Shown: piece after piece, positions 16,304 through 25,786 of the stretch
Numbering within the stretch: the stretch's first letter is position 1
How the letters are laid out: each line of letters starts with the position of its first letter
IMG/VR virus record: IMGVR_UViG_3300012979_000040
Span: 7,757 to 71,756 of that record
Strand: one strand, 5' to 3'
DNA: 64,000 nt
Source: a virus
Lineage: Duplodnaviria > Caudoviricetes
The notes under the pieces: generated by a model
The model's database searches: none
What the model saw: the letters and a program-made list of their open reading frames with translations, nothing else
What the model was told of the DNA's origin: nothing
Position numbers and translations under genes: made by a program

Positions 16304-18272
16304 CAAACACAGTCCCACGCTTGTATACCTTGAATTCCATGCCAACTTCAGTTTCAAACCTAGTTGATTTAACTGTTTTAAAGTTATTAACATCACACCA
16401 TACAGAATATTCTGCATATAATTCTTCAATTGGTTTACTCTTGATATAAGTATCATCAAGATTCTTAGCAGATATCCAACTAAGTACACCTGAGTTATCT
16501 ATTCTATAGATCTTCATCATCTCAGTTACACATGTAGGTTCTATAAAAGTATGGGTAGTCTTCAATACTTGACTGATAGCGAGCACACTTTTATATGCTA
16601 TGTATTCTAGGTCTTTCATAAGCCTGTCTTTGAAATCCATACCATCAACAAGACTAACTTTAGTTAGGTCTGCATTGAATGGTATAATACATAGTCTTCT
16701 ATAGAAACCACTAGTTGTGTCTGGTGTCCTAGGTAATGTGTTAGCACTGAACATTAACGTAGCGAAGACTGTATCATTGAATGGGTCTTTGTTCTTACGC
16801 TCTATAGTTATCTCATCCCCACCGACTATCTGTTTAAATAAGTCTGAGTCTTTAAGAGGTTGACTAGAGATATCTCCACTAAGAGATACGAGTTTGTTAT
16901 GTAACATACCAACTCTGAACTTCTCTCCCAAATCTTTGAAGTCTAAGCCAGTGCAGTTCTTTGCTCCACATATAGCTTTTATAACATCTAAGTATGTACT
17001 CTTACCATTTCTACCTTCTCCGATTAGTAGGAATGCCTTATGAAGTTCAGGTGTTTTCAAGAATGAATAACCTATTGCTTCATATAAGAGTTGTTCTACT
17101 TCCTTATCCCCACAAGTTGCTGTCTTAAAGAACTCGTCAGCAGTGGCACCCGTAGCACTTGGGTTATACTTGACGTTCATCCTAATAGTTTCAAGATGAT
17201 CAGGATGATGCGGGGTTAATGTTAGTGTTCTTATATTTAAGATCCCATTCTCGAACACAATATTGAATGGGTTCTTATTAAAGTCTGATAAATGTAATTC
17301 CAAAAATGTTTCTAGGAAATTAAGTACTTCCTTCTTCTGGAATTCTTTTAATGAAGGACACAGTTGTGTCATTATGCCTTTAATGTAATCATTATTCGAA
17401 ACATAAATACCTAACTTCTCATCATAGAAGTATAAGTTTTTTGATTTACTATCTTTTTTAATCTTAAGTAAGTCAATAAGATACTTACCCATAGTGTCAT
17501 GTAAGAAGACACCATTGTTTGAAAAGAACTTTTCTTCAGGAGTATCTTCATTGTTACTATCCCTTAGCATAGTAGCATCCATTTCATTCTCACTTAATGG
17601 TGTTGTTGCTACATAGCTATTGATTAAACGTATGCATTCAGCCCTTTGCTCTGGACTTAGATTGGTTTTCTTCAACCTCCACAGATGTCTGTTATAACTA
17701 TCATTCCTTGCATCTTGCATGGGGTATGAGATAAAGTTGTCATCCTTCTTATTACCTTTAGTAAATATTGGTGTTAGAAAGAATGGCAACTCTTCAATAC
17801 CATTATAATATATAACTCTTCTGTCTTGTAACTTTGCACTCCTATTTATTTTAGGATTCTTAAATGGTGTAGTAATAAAACTCTTACCATTAGCGTGCAC
17901 TATAGTATCACATACAGCCCCCACTGCTGTGATATTATTTACTGTCTTATTATTATAAGTACTCTTTGCATAGATATGAATACCTCTAGTAGTTTTAACT
18001 ACAAGAACTTTTTCTTTCCGGTCCGTTATTATCTTGTAGACTATCTTAGCTGTAGTCATATCATCTATATCAATTATAATCCAACCTTCTGGAATAATCC
18101 AACCTATTTCCATATAAGGATCTGTGTTTGCTAGGTTTACTATCTCTTCAAAAGATACAGGGGTTAAGGAACCCTTAGCTTTTGGTGCACCTCCTGATAG
18201 TTGCACATACGATTTGGCACCTTTGTTGTACAACTTCTCAAAATCTAAAAATGTTAGCATCAATCTTATCAA
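16293..18272 (-). CDS. primase-helicase (AEP/Prim-Pol N-terminus, D5/P4-family SF3 helicase)
   Basis: IIIDIDD and TTRGIHIY motifs; IVFENGIL (D5_N); Walker A GEGRNGKST; IERKNKDPF. Confidence 0.92.
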   Translation of the reverse strand: MIRLMLTFLDFEKLYNKGAKSYVQLSGGAPKAKGSLTPVSFEEIVNLANTDPYMEIGWIIPEGWIIIDIDDMTTAKIVYKIITDRKEKVLVVKTTRGIHIYAKSTYNNKTVNNITAVGAVCDTIVHANGKSFITTPFKNPKINRSAKLQDRRVIYYNGIEELPFFLTPIFTKGNKKDDNFISYPMQDARNDSYNRHLWRLKKTNLSPEQRAECIRLINSYVATTPLSENEMDATMLRDSNNEDTPEEKFFSNNGVFLHDTMGKYLIDLLKIKKDSKSKNLYFYDEKLGIYVSNNDYIKGIMTQLCPSLKEFQKKEVLNFLETFLELHLSDFNKNPFNIVFENGILNIRTLTLTPHHPDHLETIRMNVKYNPSATGATADEFFKTATCGDKEVEQLLYEAIGYSFLKTPELHKAFLLIGEGRNGKSTYLDVIKAICGAKNCTGLDFKDLGEKFRVGMLHNKLVSLSGDISSQPLKDSDLFKQIVGGDEITIERKNKDPFNDTVFATLMFSANTLPRTPDTTSGFYRRLCIIPFNADLTKVSLVDGMDFKDRLMKDLEYIAYKSVLAISQVLKTTHTFIEPTCVTEMMKIYRIDNSGVLSWISAKNLDDTYIKSKPIEELYAEYSVWCDVNNFKTVKSTRFETEVGMEFKVYKRGTVFVDK

Positions 18273-18549
18273 AGACTTCCTTAATCTGATTTATATCCTT
18301 AACTTCCATAGCAATACCTCCGCTGTTACGAATCATCTCTAGCTTGATGGTTTGTAACTCACTTAATTTAGATCCTTGTTTTAGTTCAAATGCACAAAAC
18401 CTCCCTTTGTAACAGCAGACTATATCAGGTTCTCCCTCTGTCTGATATGAAGAGGCGTGGATTTTTATTTTATATCCACCACGAGATTCTATATAGTCTA
18501 TTACTTTCTTTTGAAAGGCTGACTCAAGAGGTGTACTCCTTCTTACCAC
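18238..18549 (-). CDS. VRR-NUC domain nuclease (Holliday-junction resolvase-like)
   Basis: ESAFQKKVIDY...GEPDIVCCYKGRFCAFELK...LSELQ. Confidence 0.9.
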   Translation of the reverse strand: MVRRSTPLESAFQKKVIDYIESRGGYKIKIHASSYQTEGEPDIVCCYKGRFCAFELKQGSKLSELQTIKLEMIRNSGGIAMEVKDINQIKEVFDKIDANIFRF

Positions 18550-19046
18550 GGAGTTTCAATGTCTTCAGTAGTAACAGGTGCACTGTCAAAAGGATCTGCT
18601 TCTGCTGTAACTGTATATGTTGCAGCTGTTGGAGCACTAGTAACTGGTGCTGTCTCAACTTTTGAAGTTACCTTATATTTAACGCTTTGGTAATCATTTC
18701 CGTCATTACCTTTTCTTGCTGTAAGTTCTACTCTTACTGCTTTGTTTAATAGTAATGCTTCAATGTCTACATTAGGTGATTCACTTTCAGTGTAAGGAAC
18801 ACCTGCTGCTTTTCTTAAGTTTCTATACTTCCAAGCATATTCACCAGCATAAGATACTCTGTCCCATACTAGTCTATTCTTGTGTTGAGTTTCTCCTATT
18901 ACTTTTAATGTTACTTTAATTGTATTGTCCCAATCAGGGTCAATCTCTAATTTAACTATTTGACATAATTCATCTTTAGAGATGATGATATCAAACTTGT
19001 TGTCTTGACTTGTGTCTTGTTTTCCTTGATTAATTATTAATCCCAT
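18543..19046 (-). CDS. phage SSB-like protein (DUF669-like)
   Basis: OB-fold-like beta pattern, acidic tail ending DIETPW, next to the Sak4-like ATPase. Confidence 0.7.
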   Translation of the reverse strand: MGLIINQGKQDTSQDNKFDIIISKDELCQIVKLEIDPDWDNTIKVTLKVIGETQHKNRLVWDRVSYAGEYAWKYRNLRKAAGVPYTESESPNVDIEALLLNKAVRVELTARKGNDGNDYQSVKYKVTSKVETAPVTSAPTAATYTVTAEADPFDSAPVTTEDIETPW

Positions 19047-19257
19047 CTTCTTTTACCTCACTTTTCTTATTGTTAACTGCTTCTACTAAAGCTGTTATTA
19101 TTTCTTGTAAACTTCCATGTATTGCCATAGTAGCATTGAATGCTTCTAATAGTTGAGTATATCTTGTATCTGTTACTTCTACCTTTTTAATCTCTTCTAC
19201 TAATTTAGGAATATTATCCTCTAAATGTTTTCCTAATTCTATAAAACTTTTTGTCAT
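19030..19257 (-). CDS. hypothetical helical protein
   Basis: packed ORF. Confidence 0.65.
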   Translation of the reverse strand: MTKSFIELGKHLEDNIPKLVEEIKKVEVTDTRYTQLLEAFNATMAIHGSLQEIITALVEAVNNKKSEVKEDGINN

Positions 19258-19478
19258 TAGTTTAACCTACTTTCCATTATCTCTAATACTAGAAAGTTCC
19301 CTTCCTCGTCTTCATCAAAGACTGTATAATATTCATCGCCTTCGATAACACGAGCATTGTGTGTTGCTATCAAGTGGTCATAGTACGCTCTTGCTTGGTC
19401 AAGGTCTCTATAAGATTTGAAGTTAACTTCAATCTCGCCGTCTGTATACCTATCTATCATAACAACATTATATATCAT
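19257..19478 (-). CDS. hypothetical acidic protein
   Basis: RBS GAGGAGGAG. Confidence 0.65.
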   Translation of the reverse strand: MIYNVVMIDRYTDGEIEVNFKSYRDLDQARAYYDHLIATHNARVIEGDEYYTVFDEDEEGNFLVLEIMESRLN

Positions 19479-19780
19479 AGCTCCTCCTCGTACTGATAGT
19501 ATATCTTAAACCCATAAGCACTCTTGTATCTACCAGTCAATACTTTATACAAGAAACTTCTATCTGGGCTTACACCTTTCTCTTGGTAAAGATATTCTTG
19601 AAGGTTACCTATGTCTAGGAACTTTATCAATTTCCCCTTTTCGTAGTCTTCCAATACTAATATTGGTTTGTGATGAATGATTCTATATAATCTTTCAATC
19701 TCGGTCTTTCTATCCTTTTCGTCTAAGTCACGGAACGCCTTACGAAGTTCCGCAATCTTATCTTCTCTACTTCTTTGCAT
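19475..19780 (-). CDS. hypothetical protein with NUMOD1-like C-terminus
   Basis: LYKVLTGRYKSAYGFKIYY. Confidence 0.6.
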   Translation of the reverse strand: MQRSREDKIAELRKAFRDLDEKDRKTEIERLYRIIHHKPILVLEDYEKGKLIKFLDIGNLQEYLYQEKGVSPDRSFLYKVLTGRYKSAYGFKIYYQYEEEL

Positions 19781-20570
19781 TTATTTTATCCAATACATTA
19801 GCTTTGAACTTGTCGTAAGTTAAGTCAGTAACTTTCGCTTGTACTGGAAAGTCCTTTGGTTTACGACACTTAGTTAGCAAGTAAGGCTTTGCATTTATAT
19901 AAGTATTAAATTCTGTTATTTCTTTTACTTCTTGGTTTGGCATAAGAATTTTATTCTTTTCAATGTTAGTATACCAAACATAAGATGCTTTTGCACATAG
20001 ACTAGTAGCCGCTGAAGTCATAAGGCTAGGTATCAAAGTATTAAACTCTGGATTATCATCATCCTTAATCTCCTTCTCATGTGCTATACCTACTATTACT
20101 GCACCAGTTCTAACATGTAAGAACTTAAGTAAGTTATAGATATCCTCTTGGTTATCCTTAGCTTGTCCCCATAGTTGTAATGTCATAGAAGATTTACCTG
20201 AATCTGATTTAAGTTTCTTCTTTAATAAATATTCCATCTGTGTTAATGAATCAATAACAATTGTAGAATACTTAACTGGAATCTTCTTGCCATCAACTTC
20301 AGAGTAACCATTAACTACTTCTTCTAATACATCATCTAGTTCTTCAAATGTTTCAATAGGTACCCAGTCAATAAGTTCTTTGTCTGCTGTAGCTACTGAA
20401 CCAATACCACCTTCTAATATATCTAAATATAATAGAGGGGCTTCTTTTGTTTTTGGAAAAGTACTAGCTAATACTGTCTTACCACTACCTGCTTTACCGT
20501 AGATTACATATACTTGGTCAACAGGTGCTTCAATAGCTTTCCTCTTCTTTGCTTGTAGAATACTTCCCAT
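19767..20570 (-). CDS. Sak4-like AAA ATPase / single-strand annealing protein (start moved to ATG 20570)
   Basis: YGKAGSGKT Walker A, IVIDSLT Walker B, IAHEKE; RBS AAAGGGAG. Confidence 0.85.
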   Translation of the reverse strand: MGSILQAKKRKAIEAPVDQVYVIYGKAGSGKTVLASTFPKTKEAPLLYLDILEGGIGSVATADKELIDWVPIETFEELDDVLEEVVNGYSEVDGKKIPVKYSTIVIDSLTQMEYLLKKKLKSDSGKSSMTLQLWGQAKDNQEDIYNLLKFLHVRTGAVIVGIAHEKEIKDDDNPEFNTLIPSLMTSAATSLCAKASYVWYTNIEKNKILMPNQEVKEITEFNTYINAKPYLLTKCRKPKDFPVQAKVTDLTYDKFKANVLDKINAKK

Positions 20571-20589
20571 ATCTTTCTCCCTTTCTGCA

Positions 20590-20800
20590 GTTGCTCGCTG
20601 CTTACAATATACTAGAATGCTCATTCCATGATTTACTCCCCTCCCCAGGGCACCCGTGTCTGTCGGAGCGTGTCGTCTTTCAGTGTCTTATCTGTTAAAT
20701 ACAGGAGGATAAGCGTGCTTAGGACGGTCTGGACTCTAATGGTTTAACAGTGGCAGCTACCCCACCATCTCCCTCTAATATATTGTAAGCAAGGAGCAAC
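20590..20800 (-). ncRNA. candidate structured RNA, 211 nt, rod-like with a 26-bp closing stem
   Basis: inverted repeat 20590-20615 / 20775-20800 (25 of 26 pairs on the - strand counting two G-U); GC-rich interior with a central hairpin. Confidence 0.6.
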
Positions 20801-21234
20801 TAAGTTGATTCTTCAATCTTATAAGAATTGTTGCTTGCTCTTATAGTGATTTGCTTAACGTCTTGGCGATACATTATTTGTAACCCAAAGTAATTTAATG
20901 CCCACTGTATTGGCTTTGTCAATCTGAGTTCTAACTCATCCAGGGTGATTGCCAAAGTAATAATTAAACTCCGTTTTAAAGCTGAAGATTTTTTCTCTTC
21001 TAAGTTTCTCCATCTTGGAGTGATGGCCACAACTAGTGTTACCGTCTTATTAGTAACCAAACCCTCAGTATCGATTTCAATATGTCTATCAGTAGGCGTT
21101 ACATATTTAATTTCTTCTTGAAGGTAATAAAGGATGGTATCTTGGACCTTCTTTACTGCAGCAGCGGAAATACTGCTACCGGCCTTCGAAATTTTTGGCT
21201 TATTAATAATGATATCACTTAGTTGTGCAGTCAT
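20800..21234 (-). CDS. hypothetical protein (144 aa)
   Basis: RBS AAGGAGTGAG after the promoter. Confidence 0.75.
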   Translation of the reverse strand: MTAQLSDIIINKPKISKAGSSISAAAVKKVQDTILYYLQEEIKYVTPTDRHIEIDTEGLVTNKTVTLVVAITPRWRNLEEKKSSALKRSLIITLAITLDELELRLTKPIQWALNYFGLQIMYRQDVKQITIRASNNSYKIEEST

Positions 21235-21256
21235 AATCCTCTCACTCCTTAATATA

Positions 21257-21285
21257 ATTGTATACTATAGTAGACAAAAAGTCAA
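21257..21285 (-). promoter_or_regulatory. sigma-A promoter
   Basis: TTGACT-17-TACAAT. Confidence 0.75.
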
Positions 21286-21290
21286 TACTT

Positions 21291-22211
21291 TTATGAACTT
21301 TTTTTAATTTTATTTATTAGCATTTGTCTATCCTGATCATCAGGTAGATAAAAATCTAAGTTACATAATTCTTGGTAAGCACAGTACTCACAAAGTTTAC
21401 CTCTTACTCTGTTATCATGATTAAGTTTTATCTTCTCATATGTTTGAGCTATGTCTTCTAGATTAGATGCTAATATATTTTGATCTAGTAAATGACATTT
21501 TGTTCTATTAAATAGTGGGTGCCCTCTCTTCTCAAGATAATCAAGGACTCCGTAATATTCAGGTTCATTCTCTAACCCTAGTTCACAAAGTTTATTGTAG
21601 TAGTCTTCCTTCAATACAAGACCAAGTCTCTTCTTATCTGCTGATGGTTTACCATTTGCATTCAAAGGTACTGGTTGTATTTTAGCTAGTCTTACTTCAT
21701 CTATCTCATAGATATCTACATTCATGTTAAGGTTTTCTTGTACAACAGAACAGTATGTTAATAACTGTGTGTTGAACTTAACTTGATTTGTAGTATAGCT
21801 AAGAGCTGACTGAGTGGTTTTAGTATCTCTGATAGTAACTAATCCATCATTACTAACTATCCTGTCTATGATGGCTGTGAACTTGTCACCATCTTCCCAC
21901 TCTTCTTCTATTCTTAATTCACTTGCAATGATTTCTTCATCTGGTTCATAGTAATCTATGTATCTCTCTACTACTTCACGCATCATACCAGGTTCGGTAG
22001 ATAATGTACCAGCAGCAACTTTAGTTTCATAGTCACTTAAGAACGGTTCATAAGATTCTCCTTTAGAGTAAGCATCTATACACTTATGAAAAATGTCACC
22101 AAGAGTTAGGAATTCATTACCTTCAGTGTAAATTTTTTCCTCGTACATATATCTATGTTTCTTGGGACATTGATTGTATGTGCTTAGTCTGGAGAAACTG
22201 AAGTTTCCCAT
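21291..22211 (-). CDS. PD-(D/E)XK exonuclease (Cas4/RecB-like, Cys cluster)
   Basis: SFSRLSTYNQCP, IDRIV...IRDTKT, Q-x-x-x-Y, LCEYCAYQELC. Confidence 0.9.
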   Translation of the reverse strand: MGNFSFSRLSTYNQCPKKHRYMYEEKIYTEGNEFLTLGDIFHKCIDAYSKGESYEPFLSDYETKVAAGTLSTEPGMMREVVERYIDYYEPDEEIIASELRIEEEWEDGDKFTAIIDRIVSNDGLVTIRDTKTTQSALSYTTNQVKFNTQLLTYCSVVQENLNMNVDIYEIDEVRLAKIQPVPLNANGKPSADKKRLGLVLKEDYYNKLCELGLENEPEYYGVLDYLEKRGHPLFNRTKCHLLDQNILASNLEDIAQTYEKIKLNHDNRVRGKLCEYCAYQELCNLDFYLPDDQDRQMLINKIKKSS

Positions 22212-22212
22212 A

Positions 22213-23955
22213 CTAATCCTCCTTGCAATAATCGTCTAAGTCTACACCCTTACCCCAAGGACCACATTCAATATCAGCTACAATAGGTACATCCCATTTA
22301 ACTGTTAACATTGAATCTATTCTCTTAGGGTGTTGCATTATAGATTGTATCTTTAGTACGTTCTTGCGAAAATTTTCATTCTTTCTAACTAACATTATAA
22401 TACTATCGTGTACAGTTGCACATATTTTTACTTCATCTTTACTAAATGTATCGTTGATTTCACATAGTGCACACAATGCTATGTCACTTGCAGCACTCTG
22501 TACTGGGAAGTTAATTACTCTTCGCATATATTTTTGTCTATCATCAGGAAAATATAATGCTTTGTAGTTAACTTTATATCTTCTACCCATTATGCTAGTG
22601 ACTTCACCAGTATTTATTAATTCATTCTGTGTGTCACGATAGTATTTGTGTAGCTCATGGTATTCTTCAAAGAACTTTTGTCTTATATGTGTAGCCTCTT
22701 CAAGGGAAAATGTTTGCCCGTATGATAGTGCAGCATATGCTACGAATGAATTGGGCTGCATACCATATAAGTATCCAAAGTTTATTGCTTTGGCTGCAGT
22801 TCTTTGTGGTTTAGTTACATCTTTTGGATCTATACCTGCTACTTTAGCAGCCATATTAGTGTGTAAATCTACACCATTATTATATAATTCTTTAATCTTA
22901 CTAACCTTAGCTACAACACCAGCTGTTCTTAGTTCAGCTTGTGAGTAGTCTAGTTGAACAAGTTCCCAGTCAGGATCTATTGATCTGAATAAAGTTTTTA
23001 AATCTTTATTTCTTGGTACTTGTTGTAAGTTAGGATTATTACAACTGGTTCTTCCTGTAACAGTTGTGGTTAGATTAAAGTTAGCGTGTATGATTCCATC
23101 TCGTTGACGCTCTGACCAATCAACAAGAAAGGTTAATGCCTTGTCGACCTCTCGTCTTTTCAGAATCATATCAACAATAGGGTGCTTACCTCTTAGTTTA
23201 CTAAGGGCACTTACACCTGTACTTGGTTGACCACTGTCAGTATATTCCGGTATATCTAAACCAAGTTCTTTATATAATAGGTCTTGTAATTGTTTTGGAG
23301 AATTCCAATTTATATTTGCATACTTGATTAGTTGATCGTCACACTCTTTTAGTTTCTCCATGTAGATCTCTTTAGTTTCTTCTAACAGTTCTACATCAAT
23401 TGGTAAACCATGTAACTCTACATCTCTGTATACGTTACTTGTATCTACAACTAATCGGTATGTCTTATAGTCTCTTTGATCAAAATTGTCACGGAAATAT
23501 TTGTACAATTCTCTTGTCCAATATAAATCCAGTTTTAAATATTCCTCGACATCCTTACGAGTCTTGGAAGTTTTCTTATCTATGCCAACATCCCAGTTAG
23601 GTGCTCCGAGTAATCTCATTGCACAGTTCTTAAGTGTTAGCCAACCTTTACGATTTTCGATAAGATCTGATGCGTTTGATGATATATAAGCAAGGATCAT
23701 TGTATCGTGGTCCATCTTAATATCCACATCTAATTGGTATTTCATCATCTTGGTATCGAACTTACCATTATGAAATATATTTATACATCCTTTAGCTTCT
23801 TCTAGTATATCCAGATTATCTTTGTGTCTGTCTAGAATTATATATTCACCAGGGTCGTCATCAGAATCAAATGTTAGTATTCCTATCCAGTTGATGGCGT
23901 CTTCTAATTCAAGTCCGTCTGTCTCAATGTCTATGACATTATACTTCTTCAACAT
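22213..23955 (-). CDS. family A DNA polymerase with 3'-5' exonuclease
   Basis: DIETDGL, HNGKFD, TGRTSCNNPNLQQVP, DYSQAELR, RTAAKAINFGYLYG, TVHDSI. Confidence 0.97.
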   Translation of the reverse strand: MLKKYNVIDIETDGLELEDAINWIGILTFDSDDDPGEYIILDRHKDNLDILEEAKGCINIFHNGKFDTKMMKYQLDVDIKMDHDTMILAYISSNASDLIENRKGWLTLKNCAMRLLGAPNWDVGIDKKTSKTRKDVEEYLKLDLYWTRELYKYFRDNFDQRDYKTYRLVVDTSNVYRDVELHGLPIDVELLEETKEIYMEKLKECDDQLIKYANINWNSPKQLQDLLYKELGLDIPEYTDSGQPSTGVSALSKLRGKHPIVDMILKRREVDKALTFLVDWSERQRDGIIHANFNLTTTVTGRTSCNNPNLQQVPRNKDLKTLFRSIDPDWELVQLDYSQAELRTAGVVAKVSKIKELYNNGVDLHTNMAAKVAGIDPKDVTKPQRTAAKAINFGYLYGMQPNSFVAYAALSYGQTFSLEEATHIRQKFFEEYHELHKYYRDTQNELINTGEVTSIMGRRYKVNYKALYFPDDRQKYMRRVINFPVQSAASDIALCALCEINDTFSKDEVKICATVHDSIIMLVRKNENFRKNVLKIQSIMQHPKRIDSMLTVKWDVPIVADIECGPWGKGVDLDDYCKED

Positions 23956-24148
23956 CTAATAACTCCACGACTTCATCGACAGTTATTTCTAATAATCTAG
24001 ATAATTCTTGAAGGATGTTTTTAGTTGGGTTGCTCTTTGACCCATTAACTAATCTATAAATATAGGCACGAGAGATTTGATCTGTCTCTTCAAGCATCTT
24101 ATCAATGCTGCCATATTTAGTTTTAATTACTTCTTCTAAATTATTCAT
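23939..24148 (-). CDS. XRE-family HTH protein
   Basis: ISRAYIYRLVNGSKSNPTKNILQELSRLL. Confidence 0.8.
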   Translation of the reverse strand: MNNLEEVIKTKYGSIDKMLEETDQISRAYIYRLVNGSKSNPTKNILQELSRLLEITVDEVVELLDVEEV

Positions 24149-25725
24149 TATGCCCTCCTCCTATAATGGCTTTTCTCTTGGTCATTAAAGTTCTTCTTGT
24201 TTTTGACACTTCTATATCTATCTTTTTCTACTGAACCTTTCACTAACAAATAATAATAATTGCAGGGATTAGTCTTACCTAATCTTCTAATCCTATACTT
24301 GGATTGTTCATAGAATATATAGGAGTCATGTAATGAATAATAGATTACATTGTCGATCATAGGGAAATCCAATGCAGCATTTCCACTTTGAATCTGCATG
24401 ACAAGATAGTCTATATTACCATCTTTCATGTCTTGTATGTTTTGGTCACATTCTTTTTTAGATAGTGAACCATTAACCATTGCAAACTTTTTACCCTTAA
24501 GTAATTCTTGAATAATAGTTTGCTCTTCATCATAGCAAGTGTATATAATTGCTTTGTTACATTTATCAATTGTTTCAAGGAATGGTTTCTCTTTTGGATT
24601 GAAGTGAGTTCTATGTGCTACACCCTCTTCATCTATAATGAAACCACTACAAAGCTGTGTCTTCTTGGATCTAACTTTCGGAGGAGTATCTCCAAGTGCC
24701 ATCCAGCCTTTACCTCTTAATACTTTCTTATTACTGAAAGTATCGTAGTACCTTTTTATATCCCCGAGGTGGCAGTCAACTATGAAATCATTAGAGTCCG
24801 GTAAGTCTAATAGATTTTCAGAGTCGTCACCATATGAAATCTTTTCTATTATCTCAGCTAGTTCGTCCGGTCTTTTCTCTTTGACTGGGTTAAAGTAATC
24901 ATCCATGAAAAAATATCTCTCATAAAATAAATACTTCACACCCATTAGGTTAGGGTTGAGAATAGCGAACTGTGCGAAGACCTCGTGACGGTTCTTGTCT
25001 TGAGGGGTTCCAGAAAAGATATATGTATTTTCAGAACTAATCTTTCTTATAGTTTTACTTATAAGACTAGTATAATTCTTGCACTTATGGGATTCATCAA
25101 GTATTAAGGCTTTGTATTTTACTTTGGTGTCTACTAAATGTGCCGACTCATAATTAAGTATGCCTATATTAACCCCAGGTTGTGATAGACTGGAACTCTT
25201 TTTTATCTGTTTACGATAATCAAAGACATTTGCATACGTTAAATATTTGTTAGCTTCTTTAATATACTGATCAATAGCTTTAGCTGGAGTGAAGATAAGG
25301 TAGGTACCAGGTTCCTTAATCATATCAATCGCACCTAATGCTATTAAGGTCTTCCCTGTTCCAGGGCCAAGAAAAATACAGAACTGTTTGTACTTGCTGA
25401 TGTAATCTAACGCAATGTTTTGATGGCTCTTAAAAGTTATACCATGAAACTCGGTTCTCTTTAGAGGTACATCTCTAACCTCTATATAAGGATTGTGATC
25501 TTCATCTATGAAAGTTTTAACCTTTACATCAAATGTGAAATGTTTTTTAAAGAAATCCAAGTGTGCACGTAAGAAATTTCTAGCAAGGTTATTGGCCATA
25601 CAATAGAAAGTTTCTTTATCATTTGGATGTCTAGTTAAAAACGTAGACAGGTGTAACTTTTCAAATACATCTTGTTCATTAGTACTCATCAGAATGAAAC
25701 CTTTATGCATCCACATCTTATTCAT
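24148..25725 (-). CDS. SNF2-family helicase (start moved to ATG 25725)
   Basis: GPGTGKT, ILDESH, SGTP, Q-x-x-x-RIRRLG; RBS GAGGAGG. Confidence 0.92.
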   Translation of the reverse strand: MNKMWMHKGFILMSTNEQDVFEKLHLSTFLTRHPNDKETFYCMANNLARNFLRAHLDFFKKHFTFDVKVKTFIDEDHNPYIEVRDVPLKRTEFHGITFKSHQNIALDYISKYKQFCIFLGPGTGKTLIALGAIDMIKEPGTYLIFTPAKAIDQYIKEANKYLTYANVFDYRKQIKKSSSLSQPGVNIGILNYESAHLVDTKVKYKALILDESHKCKNYTSLISKTIRKISSENTYIFSGTPQDKNRHEVFAQFAILNPNLMGVKYLFYERYFFMDDYFNPVKEKRPDELAEIIEKISYGDDSENLLDLPDSNDFIVDCHLGDIKRYYDTFSNKKVLRGKGWMALGDTPPKVRSKKTQLCSGFIIDEEGVAHRTHFNPKEKPFLETIDKCNKAIIYTCYDEEQTIIQELLKGKKFAMVNGSLSKKECDQNIQDMKDGNIDYLVMQIQSGNAALDFPMIDNVIYYSLHDSYIFYEQSKYRIRRLGKTNPCNYYYLLVKGSVEKDRYRSVKNKKNFNDQEKSHYRRRA

Positions 25726-25755
25726 ATTGCCACCTCCTCTTAAGGATACATGTCT

Positions 25756-25784
25756 ATTATAGTATACAAAATAAAAGAAGTCAA
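25756..25784 (-). promoter_or_regulatory. sigma-A promoter for the helicase-polymerase block
   Basis: TTGACT-17-TATAAT. Confidence 0.8.
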
Positions 25785-25786
25785 TA

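Noticed and set aside
19475-19780. Homing endonuclease or intron
   Set aside because: Only a NUMOD1-like tail is present, with no HNH or GIY-YIG motif, and the neighbouring genes are uninterrupted
20640-20770. tRNA, tmRNA, RNase P or ribozyme call for the GC-rich intergenic element (the + strand has ...CCCCACCA)
   Set aside because: No TTCGA T-loop or cloverleaf, too short for tmRNA, RNase P-like and group I-like words occur in the wrong order, and no intact hammerhead CUGANGA/GAAA core was found; kept only as an unclassified structured RNA
21291-22211. CRISPR-Cas system (Cas4-like gene)
   Set aside because: No array and no other cas genes; the gene sits with Sak4/SSB/polymerase as a standard phage recombination nuclease
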